DNA of 64,000 nucleotides from Lachnospiraceae bacterium (GCA_014804245.1 JAAVAE010000014.1:25117-89116); one strand, 5' to 3'. Shown: positions 18,928 through 29,443, numbered from the stretch's first letter. A program made the numbers and translations. Notes: generated by a model not told the origin, from the sequence alone.

Positions 18928-19131
18928 TTATTGTAGATTCAGCTCCGGCGGAATATCAAATTCATTGGGAACCGGTTTCCCGTTCTTTTTTCTTTGTCTG
19001 ACACATTCCGTCAGTAAATATTCAATCTGCCCATTGACGGAACGGAAGTCATCCTCTGCCCATGCAGCTATGGCATCATAAAGTTTAGGAGAAAGCCGGA
19101 GAGGCACTTGTTTCTTAGTATTGTCTGCCAT
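18928..19131 (-). CDS. Arc-like ribbon-helix-helix DNA-binding protein
   Basis: [35 protein letters not shown]. Confidence 0.82.
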   Translation of the reverse strand: MADNTKKQVPLRLSPKLYDAIAAWAEDDFRSVNGQIEYLLTECVRQRKKNGKPVPNEFDIPPELNLQ

Positions 19132-19132
19132 A

Positions 19133-20155
19133 TTAATAAAGGCTTCCTGAGTTTACAATGGGCTGGGCATCCCGGTTTCCGCACAGAACTACCAGTAAAT
19201 TGGACACCATGGCGGCTTTTCGCTCTTCGTCTAATGTGACGACTTCGTTTTCGCTGAGACGTTCAAGCGCCATTTCCACCATGCCCACGGCTCCATCTAC
19301 AATCATCTTTCTGGCATCAATGATAGCGGATGCCTGCTGGCGCTGCAGCATTACTGCGGCAATTTCCGGTGCATATGCAAGATAAGTGATTCTGGCTTCT
19401 ATGATTTCAAGACCTGCTTCATTTACCTTTTTCTGGATTTCAGACCGGATCCTCTCTGCAACAATCTCGCTGGAGCCTCTAAGAGAGCCCTCGTCTGCGA
19501 TGCCGTCTCCTGTAGTATCCACATTAGGAGCAACGTCGTAAGGATACATCCGGACAATATCCCTAAGTGCGCTGTCACACTGTAAGGACAGATATTCCTT
19601 GTAGTTATCTACATTGAAGACCGCTTTTGCGGTATCCACCACTTTCCACATCACTGCAATGCCAATCTCCACAGGATTCCCCAGACAATCGTTGATTTTC
19701 TGTCGGTTATTGTTCAGCGTCATTATTTTAAGGGAAATTTTCTTGTTTGCAGCTTCTGGCTGTGATGCATTTGCGTCTGTGCCGATTGTAAGTGTGCCTA
19801 AAAGGTTTTTTTCATTTACATCGCCGCTTTGGTTCAGTTTTGTCTTTGCTGCCGGGTTGAAACTTGAGCAGAAGGGATTGATAAAATAAAAACCGGCATC
19901 TTTTAAAGTTCCCACATATTTCCCGAAAAGCGTAAGCACCAGCGCTTCCTGGGGCTTTATGACTTTTAATCCGCCAAAAGGAATCCAACCAAGCGCCGCA
20001 TAGAGAACGCCAATGATAAGCAAAACAGGATTACCGCTGTATTCAATCAGAAATCCTCCTGAAATAATGCACACAATAGAAATAAGGTACAAAAAAATAA
20101 ATAGAAATAACATGACCATACCGTTTTTCTTGTTATTAAGAACTTTTTCATCCAT
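19133..20155 (-). CDS. SPFH (band 7) domain membrane protein
   Basis: Two N-terminal TMs, [49 protein letters not shown] before ATG 20155. Confidence 0.92.
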   Translation of the reverse strand: MDEKVLNNKKNGMVMLFLFIFLYLISIVCIISGGFLIEYSGNPVLLIIGVLYAALGWIPFGGLKVIKPQEALVLTLFGKYVGTLKDAGFYFINPFCSSFNPAAKTKLNQSGDVNEKNLLGTLTIGTDANASQPEAANKKISLKIMTLNNNRQKINDCLGNPVEIGIAVMWKVVDTAKAVFNVDNYKEYLSLQCDSALRDIVRMYPYDVAPNVDTTGDGIADEGSLRGSSEIVAERIRSEIQKKVNEAGLEIIEARITYLAYAPEIAAVMLQRQQASAIIDARKMIVDGAVGMVEMALERLSENEVVTLDEERKAAMVSNLLVVLCGNRDAQPIVNSGSLY

Positions 20156-20180
20156 AATGTAATCGTCTCCTTTGATTAAT

Positions 20181-20219
20181 TGATATTTGAATGATATCAT
20201 TTTGATATCACAATGTCAA
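20181..20219 (-). promoter_or_regulatory. SPFH operon promoter with TGATATCA repeats (putative RHH operator)
   Basis: TGATATTT (20181), TGATATCA (20192) and TGATATCA (20203) at 11-bp period, overlapping TTGACA-17 bp-TATCAT. Confidence 0.62.
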
Positions 20220-20337
20220 GAGCACTATTTCAATAAACAAATATTTTATTCCTGTTCAATGAAGCAGGGATTAGGTATAATACAAATTAGAGGCAGAAAG
20301 TGCGTAATATGTTTTGGTATGAAAAGGAGAGAAGTGT

Positions 20338-21297
20338 ATGAAGATTGTTGTTTTGGAGAGAAACAGTGTGGGTACGGATGTGTCGATGGACGCTATTGGG
20401 AAATTGGGTGAAATGACGGTATATCCGAATACTACGGCAGCAGATGTAAAGGAAAAGGTAAAGGATGCGGAAATCATAGTTGCAAATAAAGTTCCTTTAA
20501 ATGAGAACACATTGAAGGATGCCGCAAATGTGAAATTGATATGTGAGTTTGCTACAGGGTATGATAATGTGGATCTGGAATATTGTAAGAGCAGGGGAAT
20601 TAAAGTGGCAAATATCGTGAATTATTCTACAGATGCTGTGGCGCAGCATACCTTTGCTCTTTGCTTTTATGTGTTGGAAAAACTTCGTCATTATGATGAG
20701 TATGTTAAGTCAGGTGCCTATGCGGCACAGGACAGGTTCTCAAACTTTGACCGTCCATTTACGGAACTGGCAGGGAAAACGTGGGGAATCGTAGGTATGG
20801 GTAATATTGGAAGAAAGGTGGCAAAGATTGCAGAAGCATTTGGCTGCAAGATTATATTTTATTCTGCTTCTGGCAGCAGTACCTGTACAGAGTATGAAAG
20901 GGCCAGCTTTGACACGCTTCTTAAAGAATCGGATTTTTTGTCGCTTCATTGTCCGCTGAGCGATAAGACAAGGAATTTGATTAATTTGGATGCATTAAGG
21001 AAGATGAAGAAAAATGCAATCTTGATTAACGTGGCAAGAGGACCGGTGGTGAATGATGGAGATTTATATACGGCGCTGACGGAAGGATATATTGCGGGGG
21101 CAGGGCTGGATGTGACCAGCACAGAGCCTATGAAGGAGAGCAACCCGTTAAGCAAAATTATGGACAGTAATAAACTGATCATTACACCTCATCTTGCATG
21201 GGCAAGTGATGAGGCGAGAAACAGGTGCGTTTCTGAAACTTGTAAAAATATAGAAGCCTTTTTGAAGGGTGAAGACAGGAACATCGTCAATAAATAA
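20338..21297 (+). CDS. D-2-hydroxyacid dehydrogenase (glycerate dehydrogenase/hydroxypyruvate reductase-like)
   Basis: ATGYDNVD, GIVGMGNIG, SLHCPL, INVARG, GLDV..EP, TPHLAW. Confidence 0.9.
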   Translation: MKIVVLERNSVGTDVSMDAIGKLGEMTVYPNTTAADVKEKVKDAEIIVANKVPLNENTLKDAANVKLICEFATGYDNVDLEYCKSRGIKVANIVNYSTDAVAQHTFALCFYVLEKLRHYDEYVKSGAYAAQDRFSNFDRPFTELAGKTWGIVGMGNIGRKVAKIAEAFGCKIIFYSASGSSTCTEYERASFDTLLKESDFLSLHCPLSDKTRNLINLDALRKMKKNAILINVARGPVVNDGDLYTALTEGYIAGAGLDVTSTEPMKESNPLSKIMDSNKLIITPHLAWASDEARNRCVSETCKNIEAFLKGEDRNIVNK

Positions 21298-21306
21298 TGG
21301 AGAATT

Positions 21307-22173
21307 TTATGCCTGCTTTCGGTATTCGTTCCTATGCTGGATAGGTGTTTTCCCGGTGGCTTTTTTAAATACCTGGGAGAAATAGGATTGGGATGAAAAG
21401 CCCAGCATCGTAGAAATCTGGGAAATGGAGCAGGTAGTAGATTCAAGCAGGGACTTTCCTTCCTGGATTCTCTTCTGCAGAAGATAATTGATGGGGGAAA
21501 GTCCTGTGTATTTCGTAAAGGCATGGGCCATGTAATATTTATTCATGTGGGTGAGGGAAGCCAAAGTATCCAGAGTGATATTTTCCGAATAATTTGCATC
21601 CAGATAGTTTTTGATCTGGGTGCATTCTCTATTTAAAATCGTATTATTGCTTTTTACGACAGACAGGTTGTCGTTCCGCAGCATACAGATCAAAAGTACT
21701 TCCAGAAGATTCTGACAGACGGTCTCATAATTCTCCTCTTTGCGGGCAATTTCTTCCAGCATAATATTCAAATAGGCATAAACCTTGGAACTTTGCATAT
21801 TATATTTATATACAGCGCCGGATGCGGTCTGCACAGAAATACCATCCTGGGCAGAGGCGATATTTTCAAATGAAAATGAAAGACCTTCGATTCCTAATAC
21901 GATATATTCAAGGGGAGTTGTCTGAAGGGATTTTTCAGTATGCTGTACATGGGGATTAATGATGACCATGTCATTTTTAGCCACAGGAAATTCCGAGCCT
22001 TCTGCAATGAAGGAACCGCTTCCGCTTACAACATAAAATAATTCGCTAAAAGGGTGAGAATGAAGAATGCTTTGCCAGTCCCCCTCATATTTTGAGGTGG
22101 ATACATATAAAAGTTTGGAATGATCAAAGTAAGATGACTTGTTGTTTTCTATGCGATGTCTCGTATTTCCCAT
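21307..22173 (-). CDS. AraC-family regulator (cupin + HTH), divergent from the GNB/LNB operon
   Basis: HSHPFSEL cupin; GFSSQSYFSQVFKKATGKTP HTH. Start moved to ATG 22173. Confidence 0.9.
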   Translation of the reverse strand: MGNTRHRIENNKSSYFDHSKLLYVSTSKYEGDWQSILHSHPFSELFYVVSGSGSFIAEGSEFPVAKNDMVIINPHVQHTEKSLQTTPLEYIVLGIEGLSFSFENIASAQDGISVQTASGAVYKYNMQSSKVYAYLNIMLEEIARKEENYETVCQNLLEVLLICMLRNDNLSVVKSNNTILNRECTQIKNYLDANYSENITLDTLASLTHMNKYYMAHAFTKYTGLSPINYLLQKRIQEGKSLLESTTCSISQISTMLGFSSQSYFSQVFKKATGKTPIQHRNEYRKQA

Positions 22174-22450
22174 TGTTTTTTGCCTTCCCCGAAAATTGTA
22201 TGCACTAAATATAGCAGAATTTATATATTTTGTCCATATGATAAAAACGGGATAAAATATATAAAAAGAGCAAAAGAAATAGCAAAGGATAAAATGAAAT
22301 AAAATATACAGCAGTTGATCATAAATAATTCGCGGCAAATGATTTGTATCTAATAATATGCATAAAAAGCAAAAGAAGAATATCATTTATATGGATAATT
22401 TGCACAGAAAGAAAAACACAATATCAAAATTTTAAATAAAAATATATAAA

Positions 22451-22513
22451 AGCAAGATATATAAAATATCAAGCAACAATAAGATTGATTAAAAAAAATG
22501 ATTTTACTATACT
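22451..22513 (+). promoter_or_regulatory. Promoter of the GNB/LNB operon with possible AraC half-sites
   Basis: TTGATT-17 bp-TATACT. AGCAA direct repeats at 22451 and 22472 (21-bp period) abut the -35. Confidence 0.45.
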
Positions 22514-22582
22514 TAAGATACATTTAAGAAGTGGAACTGATGGGAGTAAGTGCTCAGCACGAATTTTAAGGAGGAATTTATT

Positions 22583-23986
22583 ATGAAATTGAAAAAAGTT
22601 ATTTCAGCTTTGCTTGTAATGACCATGGCTGCGTCTTTGCTTGCAGGGTGCGGCGGTTCAGGCAACGATGCTGGTTCATCCGGGGCAGACAGTAGCTCCA
22701 GCGATGCGGCACAGACCGAAACATCGTCAGAGGATGCCGGCGGAGGAAGCGCAGTGGAAGAGCAGGTACTTAAGGTAGCAGCTTTTGAAGGCGGCTACGG
22801 TGCAGACATGTGGTCAGAGGTTGTAGCAGCTTTTGAAGCTTCTCATCCCGGTGTTACCGTAGAGCTTACGATTGATAAGAAACTGGAAGATGTAATCAGC
22901 CCCAGCATGAAGGCAGGCGATTATCCTGATGTAGTACATCTTGCTACAGGCCGTGAAGCAGCTCTGACAGAGACACTGACCAAGGAAAATGCGCTTCTTC
23001 CTTTAACAGACGTCCTTGAGATGACGGTACCCGGCGAAGACGTAAAAGTAAAAGATAAAATCATTCCCGGTTTCCTTGACACATTGGCAACCAATCCCTA
23101 CGGGGACGGCGTAACCTATTATGCACCTATGTTCTACAGCCCCTGCGGTCTGTTCTACAATGCAGGACTGTTTAAGGAAAAAGGCTGGGATGTTCCTACT
23201 ACCTGGAGTGAAATGTGGGAGCTGGGCGATACAGCAGCGGCAGATGGAATTGCACTGTTTACTTATCCTACAACCGGATATTTTGATGCATTTACATATG
23301 CAGCATTGGCTTCTGCAGGCGGATCGGATTTCTTCGACAGCTGTATGACATATGAGGACGGCATCTGGGAAAGCGCAGACGCAACCAAGGTATTTGAACT
23401 GGTTGGCACATTGGCAGGCTATACAGAAGCAACTACCGTTGCAAATGCGAACAATGACAACTTTACAAAGAATCAGCAGCTGATTCTTGACAACAAAGCA
23501 ATCTTCTGTCCTAACGGTACATGGCTGCCCGGTGAAATGGCAGATGCTCCCAGAGCAGATGGTTTTGAATGGGGATTTATGGCGCTTCCCGCAGTGAATG
23601 ACGGCGGAGCAGGCTGCTCCTTCTGCTGGTTCGAGCAGATGTGGATTCCTGCAGCAGCACAGAATCAGGATATGGCGAAAGAATTCGTAGCTTATATGTA
23701 TTCTGATGAAGCAGCACAGATTTTTGCAAAATCTACAGCAATTCAGCCGATTACTGGAGTCAGTGATTATCTGGAAGGCGACAATAAGATGTTCTACAGC
23801 ATCTATGACAATGGCGCAACCGCAGTTATGGGCGGATTTGCCGCTACTGCACCGGTAGAAGGCGTTAACATGCTGGATACCTTATGCGGAACAGTCAACA
23901 GTATCGTAAGCGGTGACAAGACTGTAGCCGATTGGCAGGCAGCCGTAGAAGAAGCAAGTGATAAATTAAGAGCGGCAATGGAATAA
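22583..23986 (+). CDS. Carbohydrate ABC transporter solute-binding lipoprotein (putative GNB/LNB)
   Basis: Lipobox LLAGC, Ser/Gly linker, FEGGYG, NGTWLP motifs; operon context. Confidence 0.88.
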   Translation: MKLKKVISALLVMTMAASLLAGCGGSGNDAGSSGADSSSSDAAQTETSSEDAGGGSAVEEQVLKVAAFEGGYGADMWSEVVAAFEASHPGVTVELTIDKKLEDVISPSMKAGDYPDVVHLATGREAALTETLTKENALLPLTDVLEMTVPGEDVKVKDKIIPGFLDTLATNPYGDGVTYYAPMFYSPCGLFYNAGLFKEKGWDVPTTWSEMWELGDTAAADGIALFTYPTTGYFDAFTYAALASAGGSDFFDSCMTYEDGIWESADATKVFELVGTLAGYTEATTVANANNDNFTKNQQLILDNKAIFCPNGTWLPGEMADAPRADGFEWGFMALPAVNDGGAGCSFCWFEQMWIPAAAQNQDMAKEFVAYMYSDEAAQIFAKSTAIQPITGVSDYLEGDNKMFYSIYDNGATAVMGGFAATAPVEGVNMLDTLCGTVNSIVSGDKTVADWQAAVEEASDKLRAAME

Positions 23987-23994
23987 GAGTTTAA

Positions 23995-24031
23995 GGAGTG
24001 CTCCAGAGGTTTCCGCCTTTGGAGCACTTTT
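23995..24031 (+). terminator. Stem-loop after the SBP gene (partial terminator or mRNA stabiliser)
   Basis: GAGTGCTCCAGAGG...CCTTTGGAGCACTT followed by T residues. Confidence 0.65.
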
Positions 24032-24092
24032 GTTTCATATGGATGACTCGCAAGGCGAGGCATCCGTTGTTTGGGAAAATGGGGGTATGCAT

Positions 24093-24986
24093 GTGAAAAA
24101 GAGCAGAGCAAGAAGCGTTTTTATTGGGGTATGTGTGACACCTGCGGTTATATTGTTTATCATTTTTATGCTGATTCCAACCTTTAACGTGTTTAAAATG
24201 TCGCTTTATAAATGGGGAGGATATTCCAATACCAAGGAATTTGTAGGACTGAACAACTTTAAAATTTTAGTGGAAGATATGAATTTTTTCCGCTCGTTTC
24301 AGAATACAGTCCTTTTGATTGTCTGTGTAACCATTGTAACAATGGCGCTTTCTCTGATATTTGCAGCAATATTATCCAGAGAAGAGATTAAAGGACAGAA
24401 TTTTTACAGGATCATATTCTATATTCCTAATATTTTATCGGTGGTGGTTATTTCAGCAATTTTTTCGGCAATTTATGATCCCAATAATGGGCTTTTGAAC
24501 AGTATCATCGGCATTTTCAGAGGAAGTGATAAGACTCCGATTCTCTGGCTGGGGGATCAGAAACTGGTAATCTACAGTTTGGTGATCGCCATGATATGGC
24601 AGGCAATCGGTTATTACATGGTCATGTATATGGCAAGTATGGCAAGTGTGCCGGAAAGTCTTTACGAATCGGCAAATTTGGAAGGAGCGGGGCGGATGCG
24701 GCAGTTCTTTTCCATTACCTTGCCACTGATATGGACCAATGTAAGGACTACTTTAACTTTCTTTGTGATCAGTTCTATCAATCTGAGTTTCCTGTTCGTA
24801 AAGGCGCTGACAAACGGCGGTCCGGACGGAGCAACAGAAGTATTTTTGAGTTATATGTATAAACAGGCATATACCAATTCCTCATATGGATATGGTATGG
24901 CAATCGGTGTTGTGGTGTTTATATTTTCTTTTGGTTTATCGGCTATTGTCAATCTCGTTACGAAACGAGAACCATTGGAATTTTAA
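24093..24986 (+). CDS. Carbohydrate ABC transporter permease 1
   Basis: FVGLNNF, EAA loop YESANLEGAG, six TM segments. Confidence 0.92.
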   Translation: MKKSRARSVFIGVCVTPAVILFIIFMLIPTFNVFKMSLYKWGGYSNTKEFVGLNNFKILVEDMNFFRSFQNTVLLIVCVTIVTMALSLIFAAILSREEIKGQNFYRIIFYIPNILSVVVISAIFSAIYDPNNGLLNSIIGIFRGSDKTPILWLGDQKLVIYSLVIAMIWQAIGYYMVMYMASMASVPESLYESANLEGAGRMRQFFSITLPLIWTNVRTTLTFFVISSINLSFLFVKALTNGGPDGATEVFLSYMYKQAYTNSSYGYGMAIGVVVFIFSFGLSAIVNLVTKREPLEF

Positions 24987-24998
24987 GGAGGGGTGCAT

Positions 24999-25880
24999 AT
25001 GAAAAAGAAAAAAGAAATGAGCTTTGATGCTTTATATAAACTTTTTATATATGTTGCCCTGATTACCCTTGCGGTCAGTATTATTGTGCCGGTGGCCTGG
25101 GTATTTCTGGCATCCATAAAGGAAAATTCAGAATTTTATGGGAATCCCTGGACTATGCCGAAAGGCATTTACTATCAGAACTTTATAGATGCTTTTGAAA
25201 AAGCAAAGATGGGAGAATATTTTCTGAATTCCATACTGGTAACAGTTCTGGCGCTTGCCATATTGCTGATGGTGGCGCTGCCTGCGGCTTATGTACTTGC
25301 AAGGTATCGTTTCACAGGAAGCAAACTGATTAATGTTATGTTTATGGGCGGATTGTTCATCAATGTAAATTATATTGTGGTACCAATTTTCCTTATGTTT
25401 GTGGACGCTGATAAATTTTTAAAGAGCCTTGGAGGAAACGGATTTTTCCTGAATAATCTTTTTGTGGTGGCGCTTGTATATGCATCTACTGCGTTACCTT
25501 TTACCATTTATCTGCTGTCCGGTTTTTTTGTCACGATACCGAGAGATTATGAAGAGGCGGCATATGTGGATGGAAGCGGTTATTTCAGGACCATGGTAAA
25601 AATTATGATGCCGATGGCGCTGCCCAGCATTATTACGGTGATTCTGTTTAACTTTTTGTCCTTCTGGAATGAATACATCATTTCCATGACCTTGCTTACA
25701 AAGGATGCCAAGACGCTTCCGGTAGGTCTTATGCAGCTTATGCAGGCACAGAAGGCGGCGGCAAATTATGGACAGCTTTACGCCGGACTGGTAATCGTAA
25801 TGCTTCCTACTTTGATTTTATACATTTTGCTTCAGAAGAAGTTGACCCAGGGTATGAGCCTTGGCGGATTGAAAGGTTAA
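24999..25880 (+). CDS. Carbohydrate ABC transporter permease 2
   Basis: EAA loop YEEAAYVDGSG, WNEY, TLPVGL, C-terminal GGLKG. Confidence 0.92.
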   Translation: MKKKKEMSFDALYKLFIYVALITLAVSIIVPVAWVFLASIKENSEFYGNPWTMPKGIYYQNFIDAFEKAKMGEYFLNSILVTVLALAILLMVALPAAYVLARYRFTGSKLINVMFMGGLFINVNYIVVPIFLMFVDADKFLKSLGGNGFFLNNLFVVALVYASTALPFTIYLLSGFFVTIPRDYEEAAYVDGSGYFRTMVKIMMPMALPSIITVILFNFLSFWNEYIISMTLLTKDAKTLPVGLMQLMQAQKAAANYGQLYAGLVIVMLPTLILYILLQKKLTQGMSLGGLKG

Positions 25881-25893
25881 AGGAGGAGAGGCT

Positions 25894-26058
25894 ATGAAAT
25901 GGATTGTCAGATTGATATATATACTTGTTTTTGTTGGCAGTATGGCGCTTATTGCAATAGGGCAGCGCAGGATTGGACCGCTGGGACTTTCGATCATGCT
26001 GGTGGGTCTTGCGGGGATATTGATTCTTCTTTATCTGTACAATAAGAAATTTCAATGA
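25894..26058 (+). CDS. Small 54-aa two-TM membrane protein (DUF6903-like)
   Basis: Not in the ORF track. AAGGAGG RBS; MKWIVRLIYILVFVGSMALIAIGQRRIGPLGLSIMLVGLAGILILLYLYNKKFQ fills the gap between permease and phosphorylase. Confidence 0.8.
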   Translation: MKWIVRLIYILVFVGSMALIAIGQRRIGPLGLSIMLVGLAGILILLYLYNKKFQ

Positions 26059-26087
26059 TGATAAGGCGAAAGAATGGAGGAATGAAC

Positions 26088-28256
26088 ATGGAAGATGCAG
26101 GCAGACTGACGCTGCCTACAGATGTAGATATGGTTGAAGAAACAATACGTTTAAAGAATCTGCTTAAGGCAGATGCCTTAAGGGATTGTGACGGAACAAC
26201 AATGCCTGAAGAACTGCTTGATCAGGATGCAAAAATATATGCTACTTATTATACGACCAGAAAAGACAATGACTGGGCAATGAAAAATCCGGAGGAAATA
26301 CAGCAAGAATATCTGATCAGTGACCATGTGACAGCAAAAGGCAGCAGTCTTCGCATAGAGATTATGAAGGGATTTCATACCGAGCAGCTGAAGGTGAATA
26401 CCATTGATGATCCTAAGAGGTGGTGGGAGGTCATTGACAGGACTACGGGAGAGGTGGTTCCGGCGGATAAGTGGGAATATGATGAGACCTCAGGAGAAGT
26501 AGTGATCGTATCTGTTCCTTACCACCAATACACAGTGAGTTTCCTGGCTTTTCTGATCTGGGATCCGGTGCATATGTATAATTACATTACAAATGACTGG
26601 AAGAATGCCCCCCATCAGCTGACATATGATGTAAGGCAGCCCAAGACACAGGTTTATGTAAAGGAAAAACTCAGAAAGTGGTGCGAGGAAAATCCGCATG
26701 TAAATGTAGTGCGGTTCACGACCTTTTTCCACCAGTTTACGCTCACATTTGACGATCAAAAGAGAGAAAAATTTGTTGAATGGTTTGGTTACAGCGCCAG
26801 TGTAAGCCCCTATATTCTTGAAAAATTTGAAAAATGGGCGGGGTACAGATTCCGTCCCGAATTTATTGTGGATCAGGGATACCACAACTCTATTTTCAGG
26901 GTACCATCCAAAGAATTTAAGGATTTCATAGAGTTCCAGCAGATGGAAGTATGTGCGCTGGCAAAGGAGTTAGTGGATATTGTGCACAGTTATGGCAAAG
27001 AAGCCATGATGTTTCTCGGGGATCACTGGATAGGGACTGAACCCTATGGAAAATATTTTGAGAAAATAGGTCTGGACGCTGTTGTGGGATCCGTTGGCGA
27101 TGGTGTCACGCTGCGCATGATTTCTGATATTAAGGGCGTGAAATATACAGAAGGACGCCTGCTTCCTTATTTTTTCCCGGATGTTTTTACTAAAGGGGGA
27201 GATCCAATCGGGGAAGCTCAGGATAACTGGATTAAGGCGAGAAGAGCCATTCTGCGCTCTCCTTTAGACCGAATCGGATATGGGGGCTATCTGAAGCTGG
27301 CTTCTGAATGGCCCGGCTTTATAGACCAGATCGGCAGGGTAGTGGATGAATTTCGTCAGATACATAAAAATATGGAGGGAAGCAAGGCATATACGGCTCC
27401 TTTCAAGGTAGCTATTTTAAATTGCTGGGGCAATTTAAGAAGGTGGATGTCGAATCAGGTCCATCATGCTCTGTGGTACAGGGAAATCTATTCTTATGTG
27501 GGTGTGATTGAATGCTTAAGCGGCATGCCTGTTGAGGTGGAATTTATCACCTTTGATCAGGTGAGGGAAGGAATCGATCCCTCAATTAAAGTCATTATCA
27601 ATGCGGGAGATGCATACACGGCATGGAGCGGCGCAGAGAACTGGAAAGATGAAAAAGTCGTATGTGCCATTCGCAGATTTGTGGATGAAGGCGGCGGATT
27701 GATTGGAGTAGGAGAGCCCAGCGCCTGTCAGTATCAGGGGCATTATTTCCAGCTCAGCGATGTGCTGGGGGTAGACAGGGAGATGGGATTTTCCATGAGC
27801 ACAGACAAATATAATGAAGCAGACAGCAGCCATTTTATTCTGGAGGATGTGCCCGGTGAGATTGATTTTGGGGAAGGTAAAAGCCGTATCTATGCTCAGG
27901 GTGAGCACTATCAGATATTGAATATGGACAGACCATACAGCCGTCTGGTGGTCAATCAATATGGAAAAGGGAGAAGCGTCTATTTTACAGGGCTTCCTTA
28001 TTCGCCCCAGAATTGCCGTATCCTGTTGCGGGCAATTTATTATGCAGCGCATCAGGAAGAAGAGATGAAGAAGTTTTATGTTACCAATGTGGACACGGAA
28101 CTTGCTGTTTTTGAAAAAACAGGAAAAATCGCGGTCATAAACAATTCCAAAGAGCCAAGGCAGACCGATTTATATGTGCAGGGGAAATTGATGCAGCATC
28201 TTGATATGGCTCCCATGGAAATGCGCTGGGTAGATTATAAGGAGCAGAAGGTATGA
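26088..28256 (+). CDS. gnpA: 1,3-beta-galactosyl-N-acetylhexosamine phosphorylase (GH112)
   Basis: GRLTLPTD, ADALRDCDGT, WDPVHMYN, RFTTFFH, MFLGDHWIG, RIGYGGYL. Confidence 0.95.
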   Translation: MEDAGRLTLPTDVDMVEETIRLKNLLKADALRDCDGTTMPEELLDQDAKIYATYYTTRKDNDWAMKNPEEIQQEYLISDHVTAKGSSLRIEIMKGFHTEQLKVNTIDDPKRWWEVIDRTTGEVVPADKWEYDETSGEVVIVSVPYHQYTVSFLAFLIWDPVHMYNYITNDWKNAPHQLTYDVRQPKTQVYVKEKLRKWCEENPHVNVVRFTTFFHQFTLTFDDQKREKFVEWFGYSASVSPYILEKFEKWAGYRFRPEFIVDQGYHNSIFRVPSKEFKDFIEFQQMEVCALAKELVDIVHSYGKEAMMFLGDHWIGTEPYGKYFEKIGLDAVVGSVGDGVTLRMISDIKGVKYTEGRLLPYFFPDVFTKGGDPIGEAQDNWIKARRAILRSPLDRIGYGGYLKLASEWPGFIDQIGRVVDEFRQIHKNMEGSKAYTAPFKVAILNCWGNLRRWMSNQVHHALWYREIYSYVGVIECLSGMPVEVEFITFDQVREGIDPSIKVIINAGDAYTAWSGAENWKDEKVVCAIRRFVDEGGGLIGVGEPSACQYQGHYFQLSDVLGVDREMGFSMSTDKYNEADSSHFILEDVPGEIDFGEGKSRIYAQGEHYQILNMDRPYSRLVVNQYGKGRSVYFTGLPYSPQNCRILLRAIYYAAHQEEEMKKFYVTNVDTELAVFEKTGKIAVINNSKEPRQTDLYVQGKLMQHLDMAPMEMRWVDYKEQKV

Positions 28257-29377
28257 AGATAGAAAATCCGGCTTGTGCCAAAATAGTAGAAGCAATTGCG
28301 CAGTTTGACCTGGAAGGGAAGCTGGTAGATCAGCAGCCTTATGGAAATGGTCATATCAATGACACATTTCTGCTCACCTATGAAACATCAAATGGTGACA
28401 GAAAATATATTCTGCAGAGAATGAATCATGCCATTTTTAAAAAGCCCCAGCAGCTTATGGAAAATGTGGTAAATGTTACAGAATATCTGCGCAGGGTGAT
28501 CAAAGAGCAGGGCGGGGATCCTGACAGGGAGACTCTAAATGTCATAAAGACCCGAAATGGAGAAAATTACTATGAAGACAGCGGTCACAATTATTGGAGG
28601 GTGTTTTTGTACATAGAGCGAACCATATGTCTGGAACAGGTGGAAAGTGCAAAAGATTTTTATGACAGTGCCGTGGCTTTTGGGAATTTCCAGAGGATGC
28701 TTGCAGATTATCCTGCCGAGGAACTTCATGAGACGATTCCTAATTTTCATAATACTCCCTCCCGTTTTCGTGACTTTCAAAAGGCAGTGCAGGAGGATAA
28801 GCTGGGAAGGGCGGCGCTTGCTAAAGAGGAGATTGCCTTTGCCCTTGAGAGAGAGAAGGACACACCGGTTCTGCTGGATCTTCTGGCGGAAGGGAAACTG
28901 CCTCTTCGTGTAACGCACAATGACACAAAATTAAATAATATTTTGTTTGATGCAGACACCAAAAAGGCATTGTGCATCATTGATCTGGATACGGTAATGC
29001 CCGGTCTTTCCCACTATGATTTCGGTGATTCCATCCGCTTTGGAGCAAGTACAGGTGCCGAAGATGAAAAAGATTTAAGCAAAATCGAACTGGATCTGTC
29101 TCTATTTGAGACCTTCACGAAAGGTTTCCTTGAAGGATGCGGCGGGAGCCTTACAGAGAAAGAAATTGAAATGCTTCCTATGGGGGCAAAACTGATGACT
29201 TATGAATGCGGTATACGCTTTCTGGCAGATTTTCTGGAAGGAGATGTGTACTTTAAGATTCACAGAAAAGAGCATAACCTGGACCGGGCAAGGACGCAGT
29301 TTAAGCTCATAGCGGATATGGAAGAAAAGTGGGACCGCATGATTGCCATTGTAGAAAAATACAAAAACAAATATTAA
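28253..29377 (+). CDS. nahK: N-acetylhexosamine 1-kinase-like phosphotransferase (APH fold)
   Basis: GNGHINDT, HNDTKLNN, IDLDTVMPG, DFGD; coupled to the GH112 gene. Confidence 0.75.
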   Translation: MKIENPACAKIVEAIAQFDLEGKLVDQQPYGNGHINDTFLLTYETSNGDRKYILQRMNHAIFKKPQQLMENVVNVTEYLRRVIKEQGGDPDRETLNVIKTRNGENYYEDSGHNYWRVFLYIERTICLEQVESAKDFYDSAVAFGNFQRMLADYPAEELHETIPNFHNTPSRFRDFQKAVQEDKLGRAALAKEEIAFALEREKDTPVLLDLLAEGKLPLRVTHNDTKLNNILFDADTKKALCIIDLDTVMPGLSHYDFGDSIRFGASTGAEDEKDLSKIELDLSLFETFTKGFLEGCGGSLTEKEIEMLPMGAKLMTYECGIRFLADFLEGDVYFKIHRKEHNLDRARTQFKLIADMEEKWDRMIAIVEKYKNKY

Positions 29378-29399
29378 TAGGGTAAAATTGATCGATTTG

Positions 29400-29443
29400 A
29401 AAAGCCTCACAGAAATTTTCCTTTGCAATCCTGTGGGGCTTTT
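29400..29443 (+). terminator. Intrinsic terminator
   Basis: AAAAGCCTCACAG...CTGTGGGGCTTTT. Confidence 0.7.

Noticed and set aside
22174-22386. Hydrophobic N-terminal extension on AraC suggesting a membrane-bound regulator
   Set aside because: Artefact of T-rich intergenic DNA; an RBS-like GGGAAGG precedes ATG 22173.
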